Shown: positions 40,790 through 52,750 of the stretch, piece by piece
How the letters are laid out: each line of letters begins with the position of its first letter
How positions within the stretch are numbered: the first letter of the stretch is position 1
Assembly (NCBI GenBank): GCA_963727805.1
Contig: CAVSHF010000003.1
Location: 1,440,001 to 1,504,000 of the forward strand
Direction: 5' to 3'
DNA length: 64,000 nucleotides
Origin: an uncultured Nitrospiraceae bacterium
GTDB taxonomy: Bacteria > Nitrospirota > Thermodesulfovibrionia > Thermodesulfovibrionales > Dissulfurispiraceae
Position numbers and translations under genes: made by a program
The notes under the pieces: generated by a model
Seen by the model: only the letters and a program-made list of their open reading frames with translations
What the model was told of the DNA's origin: nothing
Database searches by the model: none

Positions 40790-41525
40790 TAAGCAGGTTA
40801 CGGCAGCACTCAGTCATGGGCCAGTAGTAAGAGGTTTTTCTTACGTACATGTTAGCAAGTCTATATCTTATTTATTATTTTGGCTCCTGACTTCTGTCTC
40901 CTGTCTCTTTGTTCTAGCCGCATGTGCGGCCCCCAGGCATGCTGAAACACTCTCCTTTAAGGGACTTACACTTGATGCCGCTCTGGCTCAATACAGGACC
41001 ATATCTTCGATAAACAGCGTGCTTGGTCTCGAATACGAAAAGAACGATACGATCATGAGCGGTGACGCTTCTCTCTCTGCATCTCCTGATAAACTCTCGC
41101 TACGTATTTATTATCTCGGCTTTCTGCAAGGCGAGGTCTATGAAGAAAACGGGATAATCAAAAGTAAGCCGAAGCTCGACAAGAACAAGAGCGCCCTCCT
41201 CGTCGAAGGACTCAAGAGCGGTCTGTTCTGGTGGAACATCATGGATTATGATACTGTCGAAACGGTAACCTCTTATGAACTCAGGAACGCAAGAAGGAAG
41301 GTAATCATTGACAAACAGAGCCTGCTGCCCATCGAGCAGACAATCTATTTCGAAAACGGAGACAAGCTGATTATTTCCTATGAAGCACCATCACGGATTG
41401 CTCCTGAGGACGGCACGGGGAATTTAGACAACTCTCCGCTCGGTTGGTATCAGTCGCGGATAAAGATGCAGCTCAAGAACTACGTCGTCAGGGTCAATTT
41501 TAAATCCTATTCCGTGACGAGATGA
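40761..41525 (+). CDS. Hypothetical lipoprotein
   Basis: Hydrophobic stretch with LAAC lipobox; beta-rich body; start uncertain. Confidence 0.7.
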   Translation: MKRLNISGYSKQVTAALSHGPVVRGFSYVHVSKSISYLLFWLLTSVSCLFVLAACAAPRHAETLSFKGLTLDAALAQYRTISSINSVLGLEYEKNDTIMSGDASLSASPDKLSLRIYYLGFLQGEVYEENGIIKSKPKLDKNKSALLVEGLKSGLFWWNIMDYDTVETVTSYELRNARRKVIIDKQSLLPIEQTIYFENGDKLIISYEAPSRIAPEDGTGNLDNSPLGWYQSRIKMQLKNYVVRVNFKSYSVTR

Positions 41526-41537
41526 CAGCCCCTACCC

Positions 41538-42308
41538 ATGGCTAAAAAATCTTTGGGTCAAAATTTCCTATTCGATCCGTCAATCCTGACTAGAATTATC
41601 GAGGTCGCTGGCATCACATCGGACGATACCATAGTGGAGATCGGACCTGGCCCCGGCAGGCTCACGCTGATGCTCGCAAAAAAAGTCAAGAGGATCGTTG
41701 CTATCGAGCTCGACAGGGCTTTATGCACCAGATTGAATGACGAAATTGTCGGCACGGAAAATGTTGAACTTGTTCTCGGTGATGCTATGAAATATAATTA
41801 TAGTGGGCTAGGACCATTTAAGGTTGTTGCCAATATTCCTTATTACATCACAACACCTCTGATCTTCAAGCTGATCGAGGCAAGGTCAAACCTCATCTCA
41901 ATGACTCTCACGATTCAAAAAGAGGTCGCTGAAAGGATCGTCGCCAGTCCGGGCACCAAGGATTACGGGGTACTGTCTCTGGCGGTCCAGTATTACGCCG
42001 AACCCCAGATTAAATTCATTATCCCGGCGAGCGCATTCAGACCAATGCCGAAGGTCGATTCGGCGGCCATTCACATGCTTATCCGAAAATGTCCAAAGGT
42101 TATCGTGGCTGACGAGGCATATTTCTTCAAGGTCATCAGGGCCGGCTTCTCGCAGCGTAGAAAAACGCTCTCCAATGCTCTGAAGTCTCTCAGGAAGGAC
42201 ATACGAGGTGTCCTGATTGATATGGGAATTGATCCTCTCAGAAGGGCAGAGACGCTAAGTATGGAAGAGTTTGCAAAACTTGCCGATACCCTTCACCGCA
42301 TCGGATAG
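41538..42308 (+). CDS. rsmA: 16S rRNA dimethyladenosine transferase
   Basis: KSLGQNFL, EIGPGPG, ANIPYYIT, FSQRRKTL. Confidence 0.97.
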   Translation: MAKKSLGQNFLFDPSILTRIIEVAGITSDDTIVEIGPGPGRLTLMLAKKVKRIVAIELDRALCTRLNDEIVGTENVELVLGDAMKYNYSGLGPFKVVANIPYYITTPLIFKLIEARSNLISMTLTIQKEVAERIVASPGTKDYGVLSLAVQYYAEPQIKFIIPASAFRPMPKVDSAAIHMLIRKCPKVIVADEAYFFKVIRAGFSQRRKTLSNALKSLRKDIRGVLIDMGIDPLRRAETLSMEEFAKLADTLHRIG

Positions 42309-42328
42309 ACCGATTTGCCTACAGATAT

Positions 42329-42358
42329 AAAAAAGGCCGCGTGCGATTACACGCGGCC
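42329..42358 (-). terminator. Terminator of the atp operon
   Basis: GGCCGCGTG-6nt-CACGCGGCC followed by T6 on the minus strand. Confidence 0.85.
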
Positions 42359-42373
42359 CCGTCGAAATTATTT

Positions 42374-42784
42374 TTATCTTGCTATTTTCTTCTCTGCGAG
42401 CTGTACTCTAATCGTAGCCCTTTCGAGCGCAGATGTTGCACGCGCTACGTCGATCGTGTCCTGTTGCCTGAGTCTTTCCTCGGCGCGTTTCAGCGAAGCC
42501 TTCGCCCTCTCGACATCGATATCATCGGAAAGCTCGGCGCTGTCTGCAAGGATTACGACTTTATCCGGTCCCACTTCTGCATACCCTGAATTGATGAATA
42601 CATATTTCGTCTCGCTACCCTTGCGATATGAGAGCATGCCAATTTTGAGGGTCGTGATAAAATCCACATGCCCCGGCAGTACACCAAAATCCCCTTCACT
42701 CCCCGAGGTTGCTATCTCGTCGACGTCTTCCCCCAATATCTGGCCGTAAGGCGTTACTATTTCAAGACGCAGTTTATTCTCCAT
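42374..42784 (-). CDS. atpC: ATP synthase epsilon
   Basis: LEIVTP, GDFGVLPGH. Confidence 0.96.
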   Translation of the reverse strand: MENKLRLEIVTPYGQILGEDVDEIATSGSEGDFGVLPGHVDFITTLKIGMLSYRKGSETKYVFINSGYAEVGPDKVVILADSAELSDDIDVERAKASLKRAEERLRQQDTIDVARATSALERATIRVQLAEKKIAR

Positions 42785-42802
42785 GGTTGCATGCCTCCAG
42801 CG

Positions 42803-44224
<1,422 letters not shown>

Positions 44225-44281
44225 TCATGTCCTCCTCTATACCTTCTCTCTCTTAGTTTCTCGATCTATCTCTTCAATAAC

Positions 44282-45160
44282 TTATTTCTTTAATGCTTCG
44301 ACGCCGCCGACGATGTCCATAAGCTCCTTCGTAATTGAAGCCTGTCTGGCCTTGTTATACTGAAGTGTGAGCCTCTTGATCATGTCGTCTGCGCTCTTGG
44401 TAGCATTCTCCATAGCAGCCATCCTCGAAGCCTCCTCTGAAGCCTGGGAGTCGAGCAGAGACCTGAAGATCTGTATCTCGACATTCTTCGGAAGCAATCT
44501 TTCGAAGATTACATTTTGGGAAGGCTCAAAGAGGAACTCTCCTGTAGCTTCCTCCGGCGAACCGGAAGCCGCAGGCGAACCCACCTCCTTGAACGGCAGC
44601 AGGCGAAGTGTGATCACCCTCTGAACGGCAGCAGACTTGAATTCAGTGTAAACTACCATGACCTCGTCAAAGGTCTCGTTGATATAATTATCAATAATAT
44701 CGGTCGCAATCTGTTGGGCGTTTTCATAGCTGATCCTGCCTGAGAGGCCGACCCAGGACTGTCTCAGCGCAATCTTCCGCCTCTTGAACAAATCGGTCGA
44801 TTTCTTACCGACGGAACTGATGCTCACTTCTTTGCCATCAGCCTGGAGTTCCTTGAGAAGCTTCGTTGCAGCCTTCATTATGTTTGTGTTGAAGCCTCCG
44901 CACAATCCCCTATCGGAAGAAAAGACAAGTAATTCCACCTTCTTGACGACTCGCACATCAAGCAAGGGATGTCCGCTCTCGACATTTTTTGCCATACCAC
45001 CAAGGACAGCATGCATCTTATTGGCATAAGGTCTAAGTTGAATAATTCTTCCGACGGCCCTTCTAAACTTAGCCGCAGCGACCATTTTCATGGCCTTCGT
45101 GATCTGCTTTGTACTCTTTACGGATGTAATCCGTCTTTTAATTTCCTTTAATCCCGGCAT
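44282..45160 (-). CDS. atpG: ATP synthase gamma
   Basis: ITKAMKMVAAAK, DRGLCG, RQASITKE. Confidence 0.97.
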   Translation of the reverse strand: MPGLKEIKRRITSVKSTKQITKAMKMVAAAKFRRAVGRIIQLRPYANKMHAVLGGMAKNVESGHPLLDVRVVKKVELLVFSSDRGLCGGFNTNIMKAATKLLKELQADGKEVSISSVGKKSTDLFKRRKIALRQSWVGLSGRISYENAQQIATDIIDNYINETFDEVMVVYTEFKSAAVQRVITLRLLPFKEVGSPAASGSPEEATGEFLFEPSQNVIFERLLPKNVEIQIFRSLLDSQASEEASRMAAMENATKSADDMIKRLTLQYNKARQASITKELMDIVGGVEALKK

Positions 45161-45179
45161 TTGTCGTCACCTTCCCCGG

Positions 45180-46688
45180 TTAGGCTATGAAACTCTTTTT
45201 AAACTCCTGGATTCCTGCGGTAAGCTTCGCCTTCAGCTCGTCGTCGATCGCCTTTTTCTCCGCAACTTCCTTACGGACATCTGCCTTCTTATCTTTCATA
45301 TAGGCAATGAGTTCTGCTTCAAATCTCTTGATGTTCTCGACAGTCACATCATCCATCATGCCTGAGGTCGCTGCAAAGATCGCGATGACCTGATCTTCCA
45401 TTGGGACCGGCACATACTGGCCCTGCTTCAAGAGTTCGACCATTCTTTTCCCTCTCTCAATCTGAGCGAGAGTGGACTTGTCAAGGTCAGCGCCGAACTG
45501 GGCAAATGCCGCAAGTTCCCTGAACTGGGCCAAGGCAAGTCTGAGCGTTCCGGCGACCTGCTTCATCGCCTTTGTCTGAGCAGCACCGCCGACGCGGCTG
45601 ACCGAAAGACCGACGTTGACCGCGGGCCGGACACCTGCATAGAAAAGGTCAGGTTCAAGATATATCTGGCCGTCGGTAATAGAGATGACGTTTGTCGGAA
45701 TATAGGCTGATACGTCACCGGCCTGCGTTTCAATAATCGGAAGTGCTGTAAGGGAGCCTCCTCCGAGAGCGTCACTCACTTTTGCGGACCTTTCCAGCAA
45801 TCTTGAATGGAGATAGAAGACGTCTCCGGGGAATGCTTCACGTCCCGGAGGGCGCCTGAGCAGTAGCGAGAGCTGCCTGTATGCGGTAGCCTGCTTGCTC
45901 AAATCATCATAAATGATAAGAGCGTGCTTGCCGCTGTCCCTGAAATACTCGCCCATCGCGCATCCCGTATAAGGAGCGATGTACTGGAGAGGGGCCGGCT
46001 CGCTGGCAGAAGAAGAAACAATAATGGTGTGCTCCATTGCGCCGTATTCTTCAAGGGTCTTTACCACGCGGGCAACCGAGGCCCTCTTCTGACCTATCGC
46101 AACGTATATGCAAACGACGTCTCCGCCCTTCTGGTTGATGATAGCATCGATACCGATTGCGGTTTTTCCTGTTTGGCGGTCGCCAATGATAAGTTCTCTC
46201 TGTCCCCTGCCGATAGGGATCATCGAATCTACCGCCTTGACTCCCGTCTGCATCGGCTGGTTAACCGGGGATCTGTCGATAATACCGGGTGCGACAACGT
46301 CGACTATTCTCGTCGTCTTCGTGTTGACGGGGCCCTTACCATCGATCGGCTGGCCGATAGCATTGACGACGCGGCCTACCATTTCCGGGCCAACAGGTAC
46401 TGACATGATCTTACCGGTTCTTTTTACGACATCCCCTTCCTTGATGAGAGTGTCCTCGCCAAAGAGAACGGTCCCGACCATGTCTTCTTCAAGGTTAAGG
46501 GCCATTCCGTAAACACCGTTGGGGAATTCGAGGAGTTCCGAGGACATGCAATTATCAAGGCCGTAAACCCTTGCAATACCGTCACCGACACTCGTGACAA
46601 CACCCACTTCACTAACATCGACACGTTTTTCGAAGTCCGAAATCTGTTTCTTCAGGTACTCGCTGATCTCTTGAACTTTTATTTCCAT
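45180..46688 (-). CDS. atpA: ATP synthase alpha
   Basis: [29 protein letters not shown]. Confidence 0.98.
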   Translation of the reverse strand: MEIKVQEISEYLKKQISDFEKRVDVSEVGVVTSVGDGIARVYGLDNCMSSELLEFPNGVYGMALNLEEDMVGTVLFGEDTLIKEGDVVKRTGKIMSVPVGPEMVGRVVNAIGQPIDGKGPVNTKTTRIVDVVAPGIIDRSPVNQPMQTGVKAVDSMIPIGRGQRELIIGDRQTGKTAIGIDAIINQKGGDVVCIYVAIGQKRASVARVVKTLEEYGAMEHTIIVSSSASEPAPLQYIAPYTGCAMGEYFRDSGKHALIIYDDLSKQATAYRQLSLLLRRPPGREAFPGDVFYLHSRLLERSAKVSDALGGGSLTALPIIETQAGDVSAYIPTNVISITDGQIYLEPDLFYAGVRPAVNVGLSVSRVGGAAQTKAMKQVAGTLRLALAQFRELAAFAQFGADLDKSTLAQIERGKRMVELLKQGQYVPVPMEDQVIAIFAATSGMMDDVTVENIKRFEAELIAYMKDKKADVRKEVAEKKAIDDELKAKLTAGIQEFKKSFIA

Positions 46689-46692
46689 CTTT

Positions 46693-47232
46693 TCACCCCT
46701 CTATGAACTTATCTCTTAGAAGCCTTAACTGGCCTTTTATACTGCTGTCATACATGGTACTTCCGATGCGTATCCTTACTCCTCCCAGAAGGGCCGGATC
46801 ATGGACGAATTCCATATCGATGTCGCGGCCGGTCACCTGCTTGAGGGACTGCTTGAGCTGCTCTTCGAACTGCTGGCTTATCGCTACAGGCGATGTCACG
46901 ATCGCCCGTGCCCGCTTCTTCATGTCAAGATAAAGCGCGGTAATCGCAGCAACAATTTCTGGCAGGCCGCCCAGTGCCTTTTCCGCCGACAGGTAGGCAA
47001 GATACTTCCCCACCTTTTCGGAGGCCTTGATTTTTTCGGAAATGAAGGTCAGGGTCTTCTGCCGCTCGTCCTCACTGAACAGGGGGCTAACGAGAAGCGT
47101 CCTGAAGCTCTTGTCCTTTCCCAACAGGCCCGATATGGCACCGAGCTGTTCGATGGCCTGAGGGATTTCAGCCATTTCGACATTCGCTAAAAACTTCTTC
47201 GCGTATTTCTTTACTCCTTTTACCTTTTTCAA
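46693..47232 (-). CDS. atpH: ATP synthase delta
   Basis: DPALLGG..RIG...DSSIKGQL; position in operon. Confidence 0.93.
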   Translation of the reverse strand: MKKVKGVKKYAKKFLANVEMAEIPQAIEQLGAISGLLGKDKSFRTLLVSPLFSEDERQKTLTFISEKIKASEKVGKYLAYLSAEKALGGLPEIVAAITALYLDMKKRARAIVTSPVAISQQFEEQLKQSLKQVTGRDIDMEFVHDPALLGGVRIRIGSTMYDSSIKGQLRLLRDKFIEG

Positions 47233-47819
47233 TTTTTACCCTCTATCATTTTGATGGATTCCTTCAAGAGCCGTTCCTGCTCCTGCGGCGTCATCCTCGA
47301 TTTGATCTTCTCCTCGGCGAGTTTGATTGAGGCCTCAACTGCCTCAGCCTGAATTACCTGCTTGGCCTTTTTCACTTCAAAATCGATGTTTGTCTTCGCC
47401 TGTTCGACGATCTTGACCTTTAATTTTTCTCCCTCTTCGATAAGCCTGGCCTTCTCGCGCTGACCCGACTCAATTGCAGAGGATATGATATCGGCCACTT
47501 CCTTGTCCTTCAGCTTGAGCCTCTCTTCGACCTCCGCCAGTGCCTTAGCCGCAAGGGACTTGGCCTCTTGGGACTCCTTGATGCTCTTCTCGATCAAATC
47601 CCGCCTCTGCTTCAAGTGCTCCTTAATCGGCTTGCCCAGATAATACCCGAGTACGCCAACAAGAATGCCAAAGTTGAGAAGCTTCCAGACCCAGCTCATA
47701 ATCGAAGTCCCGTGCTCTGCTTCTTCCGCAAAGGCAAGCACAGGCATAAGCAGGACGGCGAGAAGGCTGCATACAAAAAAAATTTTATTTTTGAGTTGAG
47801 CCTTTTTAATGGGCATCAT
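47229..47819 (-). CDS. atpF: ATP synthase subunit b
   Basis: LNFGIL TM segment plus coiled coil, N-terminal leader; position in operon. Confidence 0.88.
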   Translation of the reverse strand: MMPIKKAQLKNKIFFVCSLLAVLLMPVLAFAEEAEHGTSIMSWVWKLLNFGILVGVLGYYLGKPIKEHLKQRRDLIEKSIKESQEAKSLAAKALAEVEERLKLKDKEVADIISSAIESGQREKARLIEEGEKLKVKIVEQAKTNIDFEVKKAKQVIQAEAVEASIKLAEEKIKSRMTPQEQERLLKESIKMIEGKN

Positions 47820-48238
47820 ATCTTCACCAACTTTCTGACGATCTCTTCAGAGAATGTTTCGATATCCGCCTTCAGCGCAACTCGTGCCTTTTCGGCCTCG
47901 GCCTGAAGTTCTTTTCGAGCCTTCTCAATCAACTGACCCGCTTCTGATTCAGATTTCGAAAGCGTCTCTTTCTGACTCGTAAGTCCTTCATCCCGAATTG
48001 CATTCTGAGAGGATTTCGCCTTTGCCCTTGCCTCCATGAGTTCTGCGTTCATGGCAGTGATGGCGTTGTCTTTTTTCGCCGTAAGTGCCTTCGCCTCTTC
48101 GAGTGCACCCTTGGTAGCCGCTTCGCGCTCTTTGAATATCTTTGCAAGAGGCTTGAAGAGCAGCCAATTGAGGGCCGCAAGGAGGATAAGGAAATTAGCG
48201 ACGAGGATAAAAAAATCACGCGCATGAAATTCCAGCAT
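47816..48238 (-). CDS. ATP synthase subunit b'
   Basis: NFLILL..LN.LLFKPL plus coiled coil. Confidence 0.88.
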   Translation of the reverse strand: MLEFHARDFFILVANFLILLAALNWLLFKPLAKIFKEREAATKGALEEAKALTAKKDNAITAMNAELMEARAKAKSSQNAIRDEGLTSQKETLSKSESEAGQLIEKARKELQAEAEKARVALKADIETFSEEIVRKLVKI

Positions 48239-48377
48239 AATACCACCTTCTTTTATGAGATTGGTTTATCGTTTCAGCGTTAAAAAACGTTTGAAGTTAC
48301 CACAGGTGCTTTTTGGCTGTCAAGGTTTTCCCTGATTATAATTTTTAATAATAAAATAAATGAATCAGGTCGATCTT

Positions 48378-49262
48378 TTATTGGTCAATGTCCCTGTGGG
48401 TTACGACCACCTCGATGCCGTGGCTCAATTGCACATTTCTCACAAGTTCCTGCACAATTACCGGAGACCGGTGTTTGCCACCGGTGCACCCCACACCGAT
48501 TACCAGATAGGCCCTGCCTTCTTTAATATAACGCGGTATAAGAAAGTCGAGCAGGTTATTGAGCCTGCCCATGAGTTCTTTTGTGTCCCCGCTTGCAAGG
48601 ACAAAATCAGCAACATCTCTGTCAAGGCCGGTCAAGAGTCTCAAAGATGGAACAAAATAGGGATTGGGGAGAAACCTGACGTCGAAGAGAAGGTCGACGT
48701 TCTGCGGGATACCGAATTTGTAACCGAAAGAGATCACGGCAATATTTAGTTTCTGCGTCGACTCAAATCGACCGTACGACGATATGATCAATTGCCTCAA
48801 ATTGTGAGGCGTATAGTTCGAGGTGTCGACAATCCTGTCGGCACTCTCCCTGAGGATCATCAATTGCCGCTTTTCCTCTTCGATGGCCTCTCCGATACCC
48901 GCCGCGCCGCTACTGGCGATCATAGGATGGGGACGTCGCGTCTCTTTGAACCTCCGTATCATCACTTCCTTTTCGGCTTCGAGAAAGAGTATCTCTATAG
49001 CGTACCGCTCTTTGAGGGTCGAGATGATCCGATAAGCGTCCCCCAGAAAGGTCTTTTCGCGGATATCCACGCCGATACCGACATTCCGCATGCTGGCACG
49101 GGACTCGATCGTGGCGAGGAACGATTCGATGAGCGTAACCGGAAGATTGTCGATGCAGAAAAAGCCGGTATCTTCGAGGGCCCTCAGGGCAACGGTCTTG
49201 CCGGCGCCTGAAAGCCCACTGACGATAACGAGCCTTATTCTGCTGTTCCCCTGTTCAGACAT
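48378..49262 (-). CDS. rapZ: RNase adapter RapZ family
   Basis: SGLSGAGKT, SFGYKFG, DVRFLPNP, GCTGGKHRS. Confidence 0.95.
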   Translation of the reverse strand: MSEQGNSRIRLVIVSGLSGAGKTVALRALEDTGFFCIDNLPVTLIESFLATIESRASMRNVGIGVDIREKTFLGDAYRIISTLKERYAIEILFLEAEKEVMIRRFKETRRPHPMIASSGAAGIGEAIEEEKRQLMILRESADRIVDTSNYTPHNLRQLIISSYGRFESTQKLNIAVISFGYKFGIPQNVDLLFDVRFLPNPYFVPSLRLLTGLDRDVADFVLASGDTKELMGRLNNLLDFLIPRYIKEGRAYLVIGVGCTGGKHRSPVIVQELVRNVQLSHGIEVVVTHRDIDQ

Positions 49263-49293
49263 TCAGAACGTTTGTTCCTTCTATTCGGTAGTA

Positions 49294-49812
49294 TTATTGT
49301 ACCGGCTCGATGAGACCAAAGTTTCCGTCACCGCGCCGGTAGACAACATTGATGTCACCGCTTATCTGATTGGCAAAGATGAAAAAGCTCTTGTCGAGGA
49401 GTTCCATCTGGTCCACTGCCTCTTCAGGGCTCATCGGCTTCATTTCGAACTTCTTGTACTTGATGATGTTGCCCGGTCCCTCTTTTTTCTCCGCTGAGGT
49501 GACAGCTGCTTTCTTGTCGGACTTTCTGAAGGTCTGGAGCTTTTCCTTGTATTTGACAACCTGCTTTTCGAGCTTGTCCACAACCTCGTCAATCGACGAA
49601 TAAATCTCTCCGGTCACGCTTTCGGCCTGGATCATATAGCCGTTGACTTTCATTAGAACCTCTGCTTTGTGCCGATATTTTTCGACACTGAGAGTGACCA
49701 CCGTTTCGGTGATATTGGGAAGATATTTCTCGAATTTGCCCATCTTCTCGATAGAGTAATTCTTTAACGCCGGCGTTACTTCGAGATGTCTCCCGTTAAC
49801 AATGATATTCAT
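49294..49812 (-). CDS. hpf: Ribosome hibernation promoting factor (long HPF)
   Basis: GRHLEVTPAL, KPMSPEEA..QM, VVYRR.DG. Confidence 0.94.
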   Translation of the reverse strand: MNIIVNGRHLEVTPALKNYSIEKMGKFEKYLPNITETVVTLSVEKYRHKAEVLMKVNGYMIQAESVTGEIYSSIDEVVDKLEKQVVKYKEKLQTFRKSDKKAAVTSAEKKEGPGNIIKYKKFEMKPMSPEEAVDQMELLDKSFFIFANQISGDINVVYRRGDGNFGLIEPVQ

Positions 49813-49907
49813 AGTTTCCTCCAAAAATAAAAGTTAATGAGTTAGAAAGTTGCAGGGAGCAGAAGTGGCCACTCTACACTCCTCATCTCCTGCACTCTTC
49901 AATTGCC

Positions 49908-51356
49908 CTACTCGTATCTTTTTCTCATATTCTGCGGGGGAATTTTAAGTTCCTCCCGGTATTTGGCAACCGTTCGTCGCGCGATTTTCACGTTGTTTTC
50001 CTTTAATTTATCGGCTATCATTTTGTCGCTCATGGGCTTGCCTGCATCCTCCGATGCAACGATCTTCTTTATGATATCTTTGACTGATGTTGAGGAGACG
50101 TCTTCTCCGCTGCCTGCCTGGAGAGCGCTGCTGAAAAAGAACCTGAAGCTGTACACCCCATGTTCGCACGAAAGAAATTTATTCGATGTTACCCTGCTTA
50201 TTGTGCTTTCATGCATATTGATATCCTGTGCTACATCCTTGAGATTGAGGGGCTTGAGGAGTTTCCTTCCCCTATCGAAAAACTCCTGCTGAAACTTGAG
50301 GATGCTCTCGGATACTTTATAGATCGTCCTATTTCTCTGGTCGAGGCTTTTTATCAACTCCACGGCGAGCCTCAACTTCTCCCTCAAAAAAACCCTTTCT
50401 TCTTTGGTAAGGTTCTCCTTCTTCTGAAGAAGCTTCCTGTAAGCAGCGTTGAGACCAAGACGCGGCATTCCTTCATCATTCAGAATGATTTGATAGCCTT
50501 CGTCTGTCTTTATTATCGAAACATCAGGAGCGACATAAGATGCTTCTTCTCCCGAAAGACTGGTTGCAGGCCTCGGGTCGAGCCGTTCGATAACCCTTAC
50601 GGCGTCCATAACCTCATCGATAGTAAGCCCGTAAATGCGAGCAATATGGCCGTATTTATGCTTTTGAAGATCTTCGAGATTATGAGTAATCATCTTCTCG
50701 ACAAGAGTCCCTTCAAGATCGAGTGTCTTTACCTGGAGTAGTAAACACTCCCGCGGGTTCCTCGCCCCAACTCCGGAGGGATCGAAACTTTGCACAAGTG
50801 CTATGGCATCTTGGATTGCGCCGCCGGTATCTCCGGAAGCGGACATCAATTCTTCTTCGGTTGCCCTCAGATAGCCGTCATCGTCAAGATTGCCGATGAC
50901 AACCTCAGCCGCTCTTCTCACATTATCGTCGGCGCTGCAAAGCCTTAGCTGCCATAATAGATGCGAAGAGAGGTCCGGCTTTTTTGAATAAAAAAGTTCG
51001 TAGGAAGGCTTCTCTTCGTATCCGGAGGTGAAATAGCCAAGATCGCGGCCATCGCTGCTCCTTTCCTCGAAATAGTCATCAACGCTGAACTTTGTGAGAT
51101 TTTCCACCGAGAGTTCGCCTTCGTCTGCGTTGTCATCATAGACCGGCTCTTCCTCATGAGAGATCTCGGTGTCGGATGACGCTGCAACCTCCTCTTCCTC
51201 AACTTCTTCGAGGAAAGGATTGTCAGACAACTCCTGGTTGAGCACCTGAGCGAGTTCAAGCTGCGGCAACTGAAGAAGTTTGATTGCCTGTTGGAGCTGT
51301 GGTGTAAGCACCAGTTTTTGCGATAGTCTGAGATCGAGCCTGTTTTCGAGCGCCAT
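49908..51356 (-). CDS. rpoN: RNA polymerase sigma-54
   Basis: TPQLQQAIKLLQL, HESTISR, ARRTVAKYRE. Confidence 0.98.
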   Translation of the reverse strand: MALENRLDLRLSQKLVLTPQLQQAIKLLQLPQLELAQVLNQELSDNPFLEEVEEEEVAASSDTEISHEEEPVYDDNADEGELSVENLTKFSVDDYFEERSSDGRDLGYFTSGYEEKPSYELFYSKKPDLSSHLLWQLRLCSADDNVRRAAEVVIGNLDDDGYLRATEEELMSASGDTGGAIQDAIALVQSFDPSGVGARNPRECLLLQVKTLDLEGTLVEKMITHNLEDLQKHKYGHIARIYGLTIDEVMDAVRVIERLDPRPATSLSGEEASYVAPDVSIIKTDEGYQIILNDEGMPRLGLNAAYRKLLQKKENLTKEERVFLREKLRLAVELIKSLDQRNRTIYKVSESILKFQQEFFDRGRKLLKPLNLKDVAQDINMHESTISRVTSNKFLSCEHGVYSFRFFFSSALQAGSGEDVSSTSVKDIIKKIVASEDAGKPMSDKMIADKLKENNVKIARRTVAKYREELKIPPQNMRKRYE

Positions 51357-52114
51357 TAGAGTCTGAACTCCTCTCCGAGATAGGCCTCTTTTACAGCCGC
51401 ATTGCTGACGAGTTCATCGGGCGTGCCTTCTGCGAGGACCGCTCCGTTATTTATGATGTAGGCCCTGTCGGTTATCGAAAGGGTCTCCCTGACATTATGG
51501 TCTGTTATCAGAATACCAAGCCCTTTCGACTTTAGATATGAGAGCATCTTCTTAAGCTCAATTATCGCAAGCGGATCGATGCCGGCAAAGGGTTCGTCAA
51601 AGAGCATAAAGGTCGGCTTGACTGCAATAGCCCTGGCAATCTCGGTGCGTCTCCTCTCTCCTCCGGAAAGCCGATATCCGTCCCTGTCGGCAAATTCGGT
51701 AAGGTTGAACTCCTCAAGAAGCCTGTTGACTTCTTCCTTGATATAGACCTTCCCGAGAGGGGCTCCCCCAAACTCGACAATTTCAAGAACTGCTTCTAGG
51801 TTCTGCCGCACTGTAAGCTTTCTGAATATCGAAGGTTCCTGCGGAAGATATCCGATGCCCTTTCTAGCCCTCATATACATGGGCAGCTTGCTCAAATCGT
51901 GACTATCCAGCAAGATATCTCCGCTCTCGGGCTTTATAAGCCCGACCACCATGTAAAAGGTCGTCGTCTTGCCTGCACCGTTGGGCCCAAGCAGACCTAC
52001 TATCTCTCCGGTATTGACGGAAAGGCTGACTTCTCTCACAACCTTCCTTTTGCCGTATACCTTGAGAAGATTTTTCACCTCAAGGGTGTGTGTATCCTTA
52101 TCTGTTATAACCAT
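51356..52114 (-). CDS. lptB: LPS export ABC ATPase
   Basis: GPNGAGKTT, YLPQE.SIFR, LSGGERRR, DEPFAGIDP, TDHNVRE. Confidence 0.96.
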   Translation of the reverse strand: MVITDKDTHTLEVKNLLKVYGKRKVVREVSLSVNTGEIVGLLGPNGAGKTTTFYMVVGLIKPESGDILLDSHDLSKLPMYMRARKGIGYLPQEPSIFRKLTVRQNLEAVLEIVEFGGAPLGKVYIKEEVNRLLEEFNLTEFADRDGYRLSGGERRRTEIARAIAVKPTFMLFDEPFAGIDPLAIIELKKMLSYLKSKGLGILITDHNVRETLSITDRAYIINNGAVLAEGTPDELVSNAAVKEAYLGEEFRL

Positions 52115-52120
52115 AACGGT

Positions 52121-52750
52121 CTATTTCTTCTTATCCTGATTTTTATCAGTAGCTTTTCTTTCAGGGCGTCCCTGTTCTTTTTCGACGATAAAGACCTTGC
52201 TGTTTTCGACTAAAGACCGATCATCCTTCATGTAGTAAGTCATCTTTGTCCCGATCACGACGTTTTTCCCTTCTGCAGCCCTCGGACTCTCGGTAAAAAT
52301 AGCCCTTTCTTCGGGTCCCGCGAAATACATGAGCTTACCCGAGGTTACGACGCGATCTCCGCGTGTAAGCTTGACGTTTCCTTCAGCATCGATCTTGTCG
52401 ATATTGCTGCCACTGCCCCCTTCGATGTAATAGACGAGCATGCGGTCAGCGTAAAGGGTCATATCACCCTTTTTCGCGACAACCGAGCCAGTGAAAAGGG
52501 CCGTCTTAGCCTTGTTATCGGCGGTAAGTGATTCGGAAGTGATGATCGTCGGCATTGGCTGGGCATTCTTGTCTGCCGTCTCTACCGCATACGAGGCAGA
52601 ATCCATGAGACAGGTAATAGGTGATACTGCATAGAAAAGACAGAGAATAAAAAACGTTTTAAAGAGCAATCCAAACTTCCGGCTTTCCTGTGCTGTCTCC
52701 TGACTATTAACTTCTCTATTCTCATTTCTCACTCTTGTTCTATTTCCCAT
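52121..52750 (-). CDS. lptA: LPS transport periplasmic protein LptA (OstA-like)
   Basis: FTGSV.AKKG...AD, AEGNV; lies between lptC and lptB. Confidence 0.85.
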   Translation of the reverse strand: MGNRTRVRNENREVNSQETAQESRKFGLLFKTFFILCLFYAVSPITCLMDSASYAVETADKNAQPMPTIITSESLTADNKAKTALFTGSVVAKKGDMTLYADRMLVYYIEGGSGSNIDKIDAEGNVKLTRGDRVVTSGKLMYFAGPEERAIFTESPRAAEGKNVVIGTKMTYYMKDDRSLVENSKVFIVEKEQGRPERKATDKNQDKKK

